Below are positions 27,197 through 37,671 of a stretch of DNA of 64,000 bases, one piece after another. The position numbers and the translations under genes are program-made. The notes beneath the pieces were generated by a model. It saw nothing but the letters and a program-made list of their open reading frames with translations. It had not been told where the DNA came from and made no database searches. Numbering within the stretch: position 1 is the stretch's first letter; the number at the start of each line of letters is the position of its first letter. Origin of the DNA: Candidatus Cloacimonadota bacterium (GTDB taxonomy: Bacteria > Cloacimonadota > Cloacimonadia > G963667145); the NCBI GenBank assembly GCA_963667255.1, contig OY762940.1, forward strand, positions 1,472,001 through 1,536,000. The letters are read 5' to 3'.

Positions 27197-29401
27197 TCAA
27201 AATGTCATCCCAATTTGGAATTGCGGTTTCCATTCGTTGTCGTCCAAATTATACCCGTAATCGAGTCCGATTATTCCTATTGGGCTGTTAAATCTGACTC
27301 CGAGACCTGCTCCATTCTTCAGCTTATTAAAATTGATTTGGCTGTAACTATCCACAGCATCTCCGGCATCATAAAATATCAAACCGATAAAAGTCTCTCC
27401 CACGATAGGATAAGCGAGTTCGCTGGAGAAAATCAGCATTCTTCTGGCTCCATCACTATCATCACTGGGGATACTACTACTACCATAACCTCTCAAGCCG
27501 TTGTATCCCATGCCACCGATGTAAAATTTTTCAGCTGGAGGCACTTCCTCTCCATCACGAAGAGATTCTACATATCCAGTTCTCCACTTTGTGCGAAATG
27601 CAAAACTTCCAGGCAAATCCAAATACCAACTAACTTGGTAAATTTGCTTGAAAAAATGCTCATCTCCACCGAGCACAGTTCCCGCAAACTCACTATAAAT
27701 GCTGAAATCTGAACCCAAGCTGGGGAAAAATACATTGTCCTTGTTACTTCTGGAAAAACTGATTCCCAAACTGCTGGTGTTTTGCCAACCCTTAGCAGCC
27801 TCTTCTTTGAGGTCGTCACTGGCATCACTGCTAAGGTCGGAATACTTGGTCTGATAATAGCTGTATGTAAACTTGATATTGGCAAGGTCAAGCCAGTAGA
27901 GATACTTACCCAAAGTGACCGAGCCACCTATCTTGTTCCAATCGTAATCATCATACTCTCTTTGCGTATTATACAACGAGAATCCACCCAAAATATCCGT
28001 GTCATATAGATAAGAGTTCGTGAAAGCCAATTCGTAATTCAAAAGCGTCTCCGACCACGAAACAGAAGCCGAAGTTTCCCACGCATTGCCATAAAGATTA
28101 CGCAAATTAATGCTCGCCTCCAACACCATTCCATCCAAACTGTTGTAGCCTATCGAACCGTTAAGAGTGTTGGAACTTCTATCTTTCAAATCGAAAATCA
28201 CATCCATATCGCCACTGCTGTTGATGACTTTGGTATCGATGCCCATATCAGACTCAAAAAATCCGGTATTATAAATTCTCCGCTGTGTGTTAACAATATC
28301 CGACCGCTTGTAATAAGCACCGGGGCTAACAGCCAATTTTCGCCTGACAATCTTCTCCTTCGTCCGCTTATTCCCTTTTATGATAACCTTGTGCACCTTC
28401 GCTCTGGGATTTTCCTGAATGGTGATGATGATATTTACTTTGCCACCCTCTTTTTCCAGTTCGTAATCGACCTTGCTATAGACAAACCCCTCTTCGTGAT
28501 ACATGGTGTAAACATCAAAAAGCTGTTTTTCAAATTCCTGTTTATCAAAAACCTGATCTGACTCAAACTTGAACTTCTCTAAAATCTGGGATTGCTTAAA
28601 ATAAATATTACCCGTAACAAACACATCTCCAAGATAAAACTTCGCACCCGGCTTGATGTAAAAACCTATTTCCAATCTATTGGAGTCTTCCAACGCCTTT
28701 ATTTCCGGCTCAGCGACAGTCACATCAATATACCCTTTCTCATTGTAAAAAGCAATTATGCGTTCCCTATCCAGCTCCAAGGTTTCTCGATTGAATTTGC
28801 CCGAACGAAACCAGCCTGAAGTTTTGGTCTTAATCACATCGTTCAAATCGTCATCAGTAAAATTCTTGTTTCCGTAAAAATTAATCGTCTGAACCTTAAC
28901 CCTCTCGCCTTTTTCAGTGTTAAGGATAATGTTGATATAATTGTTATCCAACTTCTCGATAGCAAAATCTATGTTGGCGTTATAATAGCCGTCCTCTTCG
29001 TAATAGGCTTTAATCCTATTTACAAAAGTGTCCTTGGCGGTTTCAAACCAAAAAGAGCCTTTCTGCAAATCTACCATCTTCTCCAGCTCTGCTCTACTAA
29101 CACCGTTAAATTCGCCAACCTCAAATTTATTTACGATTTGATTTTCCACTACCTTAACTCCGACTACACCAACCAAATCCGCAATCTCAACCGAAGCAAA
29201 CATCCCACTTTTCAAAAGGTTGCGTTTGCACTCATCCAAAATAGCTTGATTGTAATAATCGCCCTCTTTCAGACCCATCAGAGAATACACAGCTCCAACC
29301 TGAACATTTTGCAAACCCTTGACAGATATGCTTTTCACTTCACTCGCAAACAAAAAAGCAAATACAAAAACAAACCCAAAAATTGCCACCAATTTACGCA
29401 T
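27197..29401 (-). CDS. bamA: Outer membrane protein assembly factor BamA
   Basis: Signal peptide, POTRA repeats (GNKRTKEKIVRR), GLRGY motif, SPIG.IGLDYGY and terminal Phe. Confidence 0.92.
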   Translation of the reverse strand: MRKLVAIFGFVFVFAFLFASEVKSISVKGLQNVQVGAVYSLMGLKEGDYYNQAILDECKRNLLKSGMFASVEIADLVGVVGVKVVENQIVNKFEVGEFNGVSRAELEKMVDLQKGSFWFETAKDTFVNRIKAYYEEDGYYNANIDFAIEKLDNNYINIILNTEKGERVKVQTINFYGNKNFTDDDLNDVIKTKTSGWFRSGKFNRETLELDRERIIAFYNEKGYIDVTVAEPEIKALEDSNRLEIGFYIKPGAKFYLGDVFVTGNIYFKQSQILEKFKFESDQVFDKQEFEKQLFDVYTMYHEEGFVYSKVDYELEKEGGKVNIIITIQENPRAKVHKVIIKGNKRTKEKIVRRKLAVSPGAYYKRSDIVNTQRRIYNTGFFESDMGIDTKVINSSGDMDVIFDLKDRSSNTLNGSIGYNSLDGMVLEASINLRNLYGNAWETSASVSWSETLLNYELAFTNSYLYDTDILGGFSLYNTQREYDDYDWNKIGGSVTLGKYLYWLDLANIKFTYSYYQTKYSDLSSDASDDLKEEAAKGWQNTSSLGISFSRSNKDNVFFPSLGSDFSIYSEFAGTVLGGDEHFFKQIYQVSWYLDLPGSFAFRTKWRTGYVESLRDGEEVPPAEKFYIGGMGYNGLRGYGSSSIPSDDSDGARRMLIFSSELAYPIVGETFIGLIFYDAGDAVDSYSQINFNKLKNGAGLGVRFNSPIGIIGLDYGYNLDDNEWKPQFQIGMTF

Positions 29402-30130
29402 CTAAAACACCCCTTTAACCACAATTCTTTTCATTTTTCGCACAGCCTCAGCCAATCCGTAAAAAACGCTTTCGGCTATGATGCTATGTCCAATATTGAA
29501 CTCGCTGATAGGCAACTCAAGAAGCGGATAAATATTGTGATAATCCAATCCATGTCCAGCCACTACTCGCATATTCAAATCCGCAATTTGCTGACAAGCC
29601 GCTTTTATCTTTAGAAATTCTGCCTCTCCGATTTCAGTTCCAAAATTGTTCGCATAAACTCCGGTATGCATCTCCACGGCGTCAGCTCCCAGTTTTGCCG
29701 CCAAAGAAATTGCCTCGGAATCTGGCTCAATAAACAAGCTAACTTCAATCCCTGCTTTTTTTAGCCTCTCGATGTCAGATTTCATCGACTCTCTCAACAG
29801 CAAACCACCCTCAGTCGTCAGCTCTTCTCTCTTCTCGGGAACCAAAGTAACAGTATCCGGCTTGGTTTTGATAGCAATCTCCACAATCTCGGGATTAAGT
29901 GCCATTTCCAAATTGAGCTTAGTGGTTATCACATTTTTGATTAAAGCCAAATCCGTATCTTTGATATGTCGTCTGTCTTCCCGCAAGTGAATGGTAATCT
30001 GGTCTGCTCCCGCTTGTTCCGCTACGATAGCAGCTTGCACAGGTTGCGGATTGATGCCACCCCTCGCATTACGGACGGTAGCAACATGGTCAATATTAAC
30101 ACCCAAAAATCTTTGAAAATTATTTTTCAT
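29402..30130 (-). CDS. pdxJ: Pyridoxine 5'-phosphate synthase
   Basis: LGVNIDHVATVRNAR, HLREDRRHI, VPEKREELTTEGG, AGHGL and NIGHSII motifs. Confidence 0.97.
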   Translation of the reverse strand: MKNNFQRFLGVNIDHVATVRNARGGINPQPVQAAIVAEQAGADQITIHLREDRRHIKDTDLALIKNVITTKLNLEMALNPEIVEIAIKTKPDTVTLVPEKREELTTEGGLLLRESMKSDIERLKKAGIEVSLFIEPDSEAISLAAKLGADAVEMHTGVYANNFGTEIGEAEFLKIKAACQQIADLNMRVVAGHGLDYHNIYPLLELPISEFNIGHSIIAESVFYGLAEAVRKMKRIVVKGVF

Positions 30131-30154
30131 ATAAACCCTTAACTCTCTCTTAAA

Positions 30155-32557
30155 TCAATAAATTAAATAATTGGCAATTTTGATAATATCCGCAAAAACT
30201 CCGGCAGCGGTAACAGCAGCTCCGGCTCCGGGACCTCGCACTACCAAAGGCATCTGTGCAGTGTATCTCTTGGTAACAAACACCACCATATTATCACTGC
30301 CCGACAAAGAATAAAATGGGCTTGAACTGTCAACATCCTCTAATCCGATTTTTACCTCGTCCTTGGTGATGCTCGCCAAAAAACGCAATCTATTGCCCTT
30401 TTCTTCGGCTTGTTTTACCATATCGGCAAAATAATCGTTGTTATCCTCCAGACTCTGCAAGAAGGAAGCCAAATCGTCTTTGTTCATACACTCTTCCGGT
30501 AAAATCGGCTTGGCAACTATATCTTGCAAATTAATCTTCTTGCCCAATTCTCTGGACAAAATCAACGCCTTGCGTGCTACATCACAACCAGCCAAATCTT
30601 CTTTCGGATTTGGCTCTGTATAACCCAGCTCTTTTGCCTTCTTCACCACATCTACAAATTTGGTTTTAGAGTTGAACGAATTAAAAATATAGCTGAGAGT
30701 TCCCGACAAAACAGCTTTGATTTCCTCTATCTCGTCGCCTGAACGAAGCAAATCTTTCAAAGTGCTGATAATCGGTAATCCCGCACCAACATTGGTCTCA
30801 TAGTAAAATTTAGCATTATGCTCAAAAGCCGTGTCGTGAATATCCCTATAAACAGAATACTCATCTGAATTGGCTTTTTTATTGGGCGTAGCCACAGAAA
30901 TAGACTCTTGCAAAAGCTCTTTATACAAAGGAGTCATCCTCGCCGTGGCGGTGCAATCTATAAAAATGGAGTTCGCACAATTCATCTCTTTGATTTTCTT
31001 CACAAAGCCTTCCAAATCGCTATCTTGCCCTTTTTGCAAACTCTCCCGCCAATTATTAAACCCGAGATTTTCATCAAAGGTCATCTTGTCTATATCCGCT
31101 ATACCTTTGAGAGTCATAGTAATCCCATAATTTGACTTGAGGAAATTGCGTTGCTTATCAATTTGCTCCAACAAAGTTGACCCGATTAAGCCAGTGCCAA
31201 CTAAAAATAGATTTATATTTTTGCGGTCAAAAAATTCACTGTATAGAGAGGTAACCGCTTTGGTAACATCCTCTTTGGCAATTATCACACTGACATTGAG
31301 TTCGGAAGACCCTTGAGCAATCGCCCTGACATTTACCCCATTTTTGCCCAATGCACCAAACATTTTACCGGAAAGACCAACCCGATTAACCATATTTTGC
31401 CCGACGATAGAGACCGAAGCCAAATCGGTGTGGTAGTCGATATTATCAATAATCCCCTGTTCAAATTCGTAATAAAACTCTTTGCGAATAGCTTTGGTGG
31501 CAGCCAAGATGTTCTCCTTGTCAGACTTGATGGCAAAGCAAATTGATTGCTCACTGGAGGCTTGCGAAATCAAAATCAGACTGATATTCGCCTTTGCCAA
31601 AGAACCGAACAACCGTTGTGCCGTGCCGACTCTGCCTATCATTCCAGTCCCAAACACTCTGAACAAAGCAATATCCCCAATATAAGAAATCCCCGTTATA
31701 AGATTTTGGCTTTGGCAACCACCCTTGAAAATTTTCGTCCCCACAAAATCCAAATCGGACAAAGATTTTATTTCAATCTCGGCATCCTGCTTTTTCGCAA
31801 TCTCAATGGCTCTATAATCGATGAAATCTGAACCGAAGTGCGAAAGTTCCATAGCCTCCTGATAACTCATGGCACTTATGTGTTTACTGCCATGCACCAA
31901 GGAAGTGTTGCAAACAGGAACGCCCTGACCCGTGAGCCAAAACTCGATTTTATCGGATGCACTGAGTTTAGCCAAATAGCAAGTCAAGAAATCGGCTTCC
32001 CCAATAGAAAAATTCAGCTCTCCCGCTTCGTTCATCACTACACCCGACGGATACAGAAAGATATCATCATCTGCGGTAAAACCACCATTGCCAACCAATT
32101 TGTCGCCCATCTGCAGAAGCAAAGAGTTTTCATCCAAACAACTATTTACCCGAAATCCCTCTTTCTCCAAAATCAATGCGTAAATTTTCGTGTAAACAAA
32201 AGCCACTTGAGCCAAAATCTTGTCCAAAGACCCGGGGAAATCACAGGAGGTAAGCTCCAATCCGGCATAAATTTCTTCTAACCTTTTCAAGTAAGGCAAC
32301 ACACCATCGATATTTTCTTGAGAGATATACTCGCTTCTAAAAGCATAAATTTCTTGGCGGAAAGCAGCAAATTCATCTCTCCAATTTTGGTTTTTAGCAA
32401 GAACGCTCTTTTTCAAAGAAGCCAAATAATCACAAATTCTACGAGGAATATCCACCACAATTATTTTTTTCTCGTCCCCTTGCTTGGCGACCCAAATAGA
32501 GTTGATAAATAGCTCTTTTGATTCAAAAATATCTCCGCAAAATTTCAAAACTTTCAT
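30155..32557 (-). CDS. thrA: ThrA-like protein: degenerate aspartokinase domain + 2 ACT domains + intact homoserine dehydrogenase
   Basis: ACT motifs ISQASSEQSICF and IAQGSSELN. HSD motifs GTGLIG, TPNKKA, YETNVGAGLP, GYTEPNP.EDL.G.DVARK and GPGAG. AK motifs are eroded. Confidence 0.88.
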   Translation of the reverse strand: MKVLKFCGDIFESKELFINSIWVAKQGDEKKIIVVDIPRRICDYLASLKKSVLAKNQNWRDEFAAFRQEIYAFRSEYISQENIDGVLPYLKRLEEIYAGLELTSCDFPGSLDKILAQVAFVYTKIYALILEKEGFRVNSCLDENSLLLQMGDKLVGNGGFTADDDIFLYPSGVVMNEAGELNFSIGEADFLTCYLAKLSASDKIEFWLTGQGVPVCNTSLVHGSKHISAMSYQEAMELSHFGSDFIDYRAIEIAKKQDAEIEIKSLSDLDFVGTKIFKGGCQSQNLITGISYIGDIALFRVFGTGMIGRVGTAQRLFGSLAKANISLILISQASSEQSICFAIKSDKENILAATKAIRKEFYYEFEQGIIDNIDYHTDLASVSIVGQNMVNRVGLSGKMFGALGKNGVNVRAIAQGSSELNVSVIIAKEDVTKAVTSLYSEFFDRKNINLFLVGTGLIGSTLLEQIDKQRNFLKSNYGITMTLKGIADIDKMTFDENLGFNNWRESLQKGQDSDLEGFVKKIKEMNCANSIFIDCTATARMTPLYKELLQESISVATPNKKANSDEYSVYRDIHDTAFEHNAKFYYETNVGAGLPIISTLKDLLRSGDEIEEIKAVLSGTLSYIFNSFNSKTKFVDVVKKAKELGYTEPNPKEDLAGCDVARKALILSRELGKKINLQDIVAKPILPEECMNKDDLASFLQSLEDNNDYFADMVKQAEEKGNRLRFLASITKDEVKIGLEDVDSSSPFYSLSGSDNMVVFVTKRYTAQMPLVVRGPGAGAAVTAAGVFADIIKIANYLIY

Positions 32558-32576
32558 TATAAGTTACCTCAAAATC

Positions 32577-32987
32577 TTAATTATTAAATAGCAAATATTT
32601 GCGAGCCGTAAAATTCCAAAAAAACACTATTGTTGCCGAAAAAACCTTGGAATACATGTAGAAGAAGCATAGTTTCTCGGTAAATAAATACATACAAACA
32701 TTTGTCAAAAGCAAACCTACCACGCTGATGAAAAAGAAAAGCAAAATTTCGTGCCGCTTTTTATCATACTTCCGCTCATGAAAAACCCAATAGATATTGA
32801 AAAAGTAGGAGACAATAACACTGCTGATGAACGAAATCGTGGAAGAGGTCATGTAATGAATCAGCAAAAAATCCGTCAAAAGAATAAGCACCAAAAAATC
32901 CACCAAAGTGGAAATCTGACCGCCGACCGCATATCTGAAAATCTGATGACGGAAGGTCTCCGCATTGCCTGACAAATACCTTCTCAT
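32577..32987 (-). CDS. GtrA-family flippase-like protein
   Basis: QIFRYAVGG, 4 TM segments, FFWNFTARK. Confidence 0.88.
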   Translation of the reverse strand: MRRYLSGNAETFRHQIFRYAVGGQISTLVDFLVLILLTDFLLIHYMTSSTISFISSVIVSYFFNIYWVFHERKYDKKRHEILLFFFISVVGLLLTNVCMYLFTEKLCFFYMYSKVFSATIVFFWNFTARKYLLFNN

Positions 32988-34106
32988 CTACTGACAATTC
33001 CCCTTTACAAGTAAAGCGTGCTGATTATAAAACTCTTGGTAATTTCCTGCCAAAATTGCCTTTCGAGCCTTGGTAACCAAATCCAAATAAAAATGCAAAG
33101 AGTGTATGGAAGCCAAAATTCCGCCGAGAACCTCGCCGACAGAAAGCAAATGGCGGATATACGCTCTGGAAAAATTGCGACAGGCGTAGCAATTGCAATT
33201 CTCATCAATGGGTCTGTTGTCCTCTTTGTAGCGTGCGGACTTGAGTATCATCTTCCCTTGCCAAGTGAACACAGTTCCCTTGCGGGCATTGCGGGTCGGC
33301 ATCACACAGTCGAACATATCCACTCCGGTCAAAATCCCGTCCAACAAATCTCCGGGAGTTCCAACACCCATCAAATATCGGGGCTTGTCTTTCGGCAAAA
33401 CTCCGTCCAAAAGTTCCGTGATTCTGAACATATCTTCCTTGGGTTCGCCGACCGCCAATCCGCCGATAGAGTATCCGGGGAAATCTATCTCCGTCAATCT
33501 TCGTGCCGATTCCAATCGCAAATCGTCAAAAACGCCACCTTGCACTATTCCAAACAAAGCCTGTTCATCAATTCTCTTGTGAGTCTCTTTGCAGATTTTT
33601 GCCCAACGGATAGTTGTTGCCAAAGATTTTTTTACATAATCGTAAGATTGCCCGTAAGCAGGGCATTCATCAAACGACATAATGATATCAGCACCCAAAT
33701 TGTTCTCTATCTCCATAACTCGCTGTGGCGAAAAGAAATGATAAGAGCCGTCAATGTGCGAGCGAAATTTAACGCCTTCGGGAGTAATCTTACGAAAATC
33801 GGATAAACTCATCACCTGAAATCCACCACTGTCCGTCAAAATCGGTCTGTCCCAACCGATAAACTTATGCAAACCGCCCATTCTCGCTATCAATTCACTA
33901 CTCGGACGCAGATGAAGATGATAAGTGTTGCCGAGAATAATCTGTGCTTTTACCTCGTCCTGCAAATCCCGTGGCAACAAGCCTTTCACACTCCCACGAG
34001 TGCCTACAGGCATAAAAATCGGAGTTGTTATCTCACCGTGCTTAGTGGTTAATCGACCTGCACGAGCCAATCCCGATATCGCTTCTACTTTAAAAAAATC
34101 TTTCAC
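32988..34106 (-). CDS. tgt: Queuine tRNA-ribosyltransferase
   Basis: FMPVGT, NTYHL, LTDSGGFQV, FGIVQGG, DMFDCV.PTRNAR and Zn-binding CNC..C...H motifs. Confidence 0.97.
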   Translation of the reverse strand: MKDFFKVEAISGLARAGRLTTKHGEITTPIFMPVGTRGSVKGLLPRDLQDEVKAQIILGNTYHLHLRPSSELIARMGGLHKFIGWDRPILTDSGGFQVMSLSDFRKITPEGVKFRSHIDGSYHFFSPQRVMEIENNLGADIIMSFDECPAYGQSYDYVKKSLATTIRWAKICKETHKRIDEQALFGIVQGGVFDDLRLESARRLTEIDFPGYSIGGLAVGEPKEDMFRITELLDGVLPKDKPRYLMGVGTPGDLLDGILTGVDMFDCVMPTRNARKGTVFTWQGKMILKSARYKEDNRPIDENCNCYACRNFSRAYIRHLLSVGEVLGGILASIHSLHFYLDLVTKARKAILAGNYQEFYNQHALLVKGNCQ

Positions 34107-34120
34107 AATTTAGAACAAAC

Positions 34121-34327
34121 CTACTTTTTCAAATTCATAAACAAGCCGAGCAAAAACACAAGGCAAGCACCACCCAAACTAAGATAGTATTGAGTCAAAT
34201 TGGCAAACTTATATCGATTATAACTCATCAAAGCATCAGCTACGGTTGTCGGCGGTTTCATCCCATAAAAATAGTAAGCAGCAACCGCACCTGCAACCAA
34301 AAAAATCAACCCTACTAACCTTTTCAT
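34121..34327 (-). CDS. Small two-TM hypothetical membrane protein
   Basis: AAGGAG SD, fits between operon genes, two hydrophobic segments. Confidence 0.65.
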   Translation of the reverse strand: MKRLVGLIFLVAGAVAAYYFYGMKPPTTVADALMSYNRYKFANLTQYYLSLGGACLVFLLGLFMNLKK

Positions 34328-34339
34328 AATCTCTCCTTG

Positions 34340-36196
34340 CTATTTGGAAAATTCGCTAAAACCCTTGATAGACTTTAACAAATCTTTGCGTTTCTCAGAA
34401 ATGAGTCCTTTCCCATCTTTGAGCAAAATGTAATTTTTATCCCGCACTTCAAATAGTCCCGCTTTATATGTTTCAATGGAGAACACAAAATAATAATCGG
34501 GGTAAATCAAAGCCGCATCGTCCCAACCACTGGATTGCACAAAGTTATGCCCATCTCCTACCCACAAATTCATTCCTTGCGAATAATCGGAAGTCGGATT
34601 GCTCACTCCCAACTCCTCTAACACAGACGGAACAAAATCCAAATGAGATGTCATTTTTTCAATCTTCTCCGAATCTTTCCCCGGCCAATGCACGATGAAA
34701 GGCACTTTTGTTTGATATTTGTCGAAAGCACTGCAATGTCCAAAAAACCCATTTTCATAAAACTCTTGCCCATGGTCAGCACTAAAAATAACAATCGTAT
34801 TCTCTAAATATCCTCCATCTTTCAAGGTCTTGATAAGTTTTCCGGCAAGAGCATCATCAAAATATATGGTATTTCTGTATGCATTTCGCATCATATCAAT
34901 ATTCTCTTTTTCATCATCAATCTTCACATAATTCACAGATTTCTGAGTAGGAATAAATTTCTCGTATATATCGGGGTAATCAGTGCCATGAGGGGCATCA
35001 AAAAACAAAAACGAAAAGAAAGGCTTGTCCGTTTTTTCTTGCTCCCTTTTCCCCAGATAGTTAATGAACCCTTGTGCTAAGAGTGGGTCCTTTTCAGACG
35101 CATTTTTGCCAGGGATAGTATCATAAATACACTCGGGGATATTGATAAAGCAAGTTTTGCGAAACTCGGGATAAGTCAGTTTGGTGCTAGCAGAAATATA
35201 AAAATCGTAATCCAATTTTTGCAATTCATCTATCAAAACACAGGAGCGTCTCTCACCCAAAATCTTGTGCCAATAGTAACCACTCATCCCATAGAAAAAA
35301 GAGAAAACGCCAAATCTAGAAGCGTTGCCTCCGCTATAGTGATTGACAAAAACCGTAGAATTCTTGCTAAATTCCCAAACATTGGGAGTGGTTTCCGGAG
35401 TAAACATATCATAACGCCAAGCATCAAAAAAGATAACCAAAATGTTGGGCCTATGCTGAACGCTTTCATCATAAACAATTGGATTTTTCGGATAGTTTAA
35501 CATTTTGTTTTTTGTCGAAATCTTAATCTCATCCTCTCTATCTATCTCAAAACCAAACACCTTGTGCATAAAGCTTTTAATCGTAAGAGGTTGATAAAGC
35601 GGAAACAACTTCACGAAGCGAATTACGGAAGTTTGGTTATACAAATCAGCTACCGCATATGTTGCCTTGTCAGCTACCAAAAAAAGAAATCCCAACAAAA
35701 ATAAGCGAGAAATCTTAAAACTTTTTTTATAACACTTTGTTTGCGAGGATTTGACAAAAATCTTGAAAAAAATAATCTCCACAATAATCGCCACAATCAC
35801 AAACACAACAGCCAAAATCGTGGTCAAACTACCCAACTCTACACTATCTCCAAACCCACCACTGGTAAAAATGCTAATCACTGCCCCATTTATATGGAAA
35901 TTGTAAATCGCATAAACAACCGTATCGATAAACAAAATCAACTGAAACAAAAGAATCAAGACCACATTAAAAATGAGATTTATCTTTCTGAAAGGCAAAA
36001 AAATCACTAAGATAGTGCTGAGCAAAAATACAGGCAAATACAGCATAAACGAATTACCAATCAAAGAAATCCAAATGAAAACTGTGGAAACAATCCCCGT
36101 GGTATCCGGCAAATATCTGCAACCGATAGCCACGCTGAATATCAAATTTATGAACAGAAATTTAAAAATTCCAGATAACAAATTCTTTCTTTTCAT
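34340..36196 (-). CDS. YejM/PbgA-like membrane-anchored sulfatase-fold protein (DUF3413 + sulfatase)
   Basis: Five N-terminal TM segments; PLYQPLT, LNYPKNP, HYSGGNASRFGVFSFFYG and ADHGQEF motifs. Confidence 0.82.
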   Translation of the reverse strand: MKRKNLLSGIFKFLFINLIFSVAIGCRYLPDTTGIVSTVFIWISLIGNSFMLYLPVFLLSTILVIFLPFRKINLIFNVVLILLFQLILFIDTVVYAIYNFHINGAVISIFTSGGFGDSVELGSLTTILAVVFVIVAIIVEIIFFKIFVKSSQTKCYKKSFKISRLFLLGFLFLVADKATYAVADLYNQTSVIRFVKLFPLYQPLTIKSFMHKVFGFEIDREDEIKISTKNKMLNYPKNPIVYDESVQHRPNILVIFFDAWRYDMFTPETTPNVWEFSKNSTVFVNHYSGGNASRFGVFSFFYGMSGYYWHKILGERRSCVLIDELQKLDYDFYISASTKLTYPEFRKTCFINIPECIYDTIPGKNASEKDPLLAQGFINYLGKREQEKTDKPFFSFLFFDAPHGTDYPDIYEKFIPTQKSVNYVKIDDEKENIDMMRNAYRNTIYFDDALAGKLIKTLKDGGYLENTIVIFSADHGQEFYENGFFGHCSAFDKYQTKVPFIVHWPGKDSEKIEKMTSHLDFVPSVLEELGVSNPTSDYSQGMNLWVGDGHNFVQSSGWDDAALIYPDYYFVFSIETYKAGLFEVRDKNYILLKDGKGLISEKRKDLLKSIKGFSEFSK

Positions 36197-36202
36197 CGTC
36201 CT

Positions 36203-37552
36203 CTACTCTCCCTCAGTCCGATATGTGGTAATAAACTCTATTCCCGCTTGTGGCAACGAGTTACCCTCAACATCAGTCGCATTTAGAATTAGCATATAAC
36301 TGGTAAAATTAGCAAGTTTCTTTTTGGGTATGTAACTAAATTCAAAGCCATTACCACCATCTGATGTCAAAGCAGTTTTTTCGCCTGTCTCTATTTCCAC
36401 CAGTTCAACTGTAATATTTTCAGCAAATAGCAACCTATCAAATTTGAACGAAAATCTCGGCGACAAGGTCAAAACTCCAGAGTTAGCAACCGGCTCAGAA
36501 TTAACCAATTTTATTTCTCCCCGCAAAGTGTCTGCTTTCCCTTGGAAATACGCTGTATCCGCTTTTGTGAGATTCCCTTTCCAGTCAATCAAGTCGGTCG
36601 CAACCAACCGATATTTCATATTCTTCATCGGCGAAGTAAGCAAGTGAAGTTTACCGTCCACCAGCAGAGATTTTTGCACGGCAATTTTCTCGGGTTTGCG
36701 AACAGTGTAAACCGTATCGCCCTCGGTAGTTACTTCCATCAGTGTATCGGTAAGAGAAGTGATTTTGTAATCTCTAAGTTTTATCAAATCTTCATCAAAA
36801 TCTACGGTTAATCTCCTGTCGGAGAGCGAAGCAACAGCTTTAATCAGCGGAGGAACAGAATCAACATACCCCAAAACTATCGGCTCAACCAAATACTTAT
36901 TGTTCACATCCAATCGTTTTTCCCAAAAAGGCTCGCTCGCTTCATCCAAACTGCCATTATTATCCTTATCAATGAACGCTTTAACTGTGTATTGACCTTG
37001 ACTCAAATACTTCAGCTGATAACCGGCTGAGGAAGCATTTTGCTCAAAAATAAACACAGTGTCTTGGTCATAAACCTGCAAAAACACAGTATCTTGAGCA
37101 TCATCCTTTTTCTCAAAAACAAATTCACCGGAAATTTCGTTAGTCGAGAGATAATCGTTGCAAAAAACCAAAACCCTGCTCTCTTCCATGGCAATCTTGT
37201 GATAGCATTTGAGCCCCTTTTGCAGAGTCAGATAGTAATTTTTGCCCAAATGCAAATCGGACTTTATGGAAATGTTGAGCGTTTTGTCCGTTGTGTAAGA
37301 ACTAAACGCCACTCGAGGATAAAATCTGATATAATCATCAACACTGCTTTCATCTATCGGCTTATTAAAGATTATTTTGATACTCTTCCCTTTGATAGAG
37401 CGAAACTCCGATGGGTCAGAGCTAACAACACAGGGTATCAAATCGTCTTCCGGTCCACCGGTAATCTCCCCTCTACTACCGCATGAAGCCGAGAACAAAA
37501 CGATTAACAGCCCAAAAAAAACTTGACTTAAATTTCTACTAAAAAATATCAT
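36203..37552 (-). CDS. Lipoprotein with Ig-like (Big_5) domains
   Basis: Lipobox SAS-C followed by TGGPED..P; FIDKDNNG motif. Confidence 0.75.
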   Translation of the reverse strand: MIFFSRNLSQVFFGLLIVLFSASCGSRGEITGGPEDDLIPCVVSSDPSEFRSIKGKSIKIIFNKPIDESSVDDYIRFYPRVAFSSYTTDKTLNISIKSDLHLGKNYYLTLQKGLKCYHKIAMEESRVLVFCNDYLSTNEISGEFVFEKKDDAQDTVFLQVYDQDTVFIFEQNASSAGYQLKYLSQGQYTVKAFIDKDNNGSLDEASEPFWEKRLDVNNKYLVEPIVLGYVDSVPPLIKAVASLSDRRLTVDFDEDLIKLRDYKITSLTDTLMEVTTEGDTVYTVRKPEKIAVQKSLLVDGKLHLLTSPMKNMKYRLVATDLIDWKGNLTKADTAYFQGKADTLRGEIKLVNSEPVANSGVLTLSPRFSFKFDRLLFAENITVELVEIETGEKTALTSDGGNGFEFSYIPKKKLANFTSYMLILNATDVEGNSLPQAGIEFITTYRTEGE

Positions 37553-37671
37553 ATGTTAAACCAAACTTTAGAGAAAGAACTGTTTGTCAAACAAGAAAGA
37601 GAAATTTACAAAATGAAAATACCGTTATCACAATCGGTCGTCCTCACCCTTTTAAAAATTAGAGAAAATTT

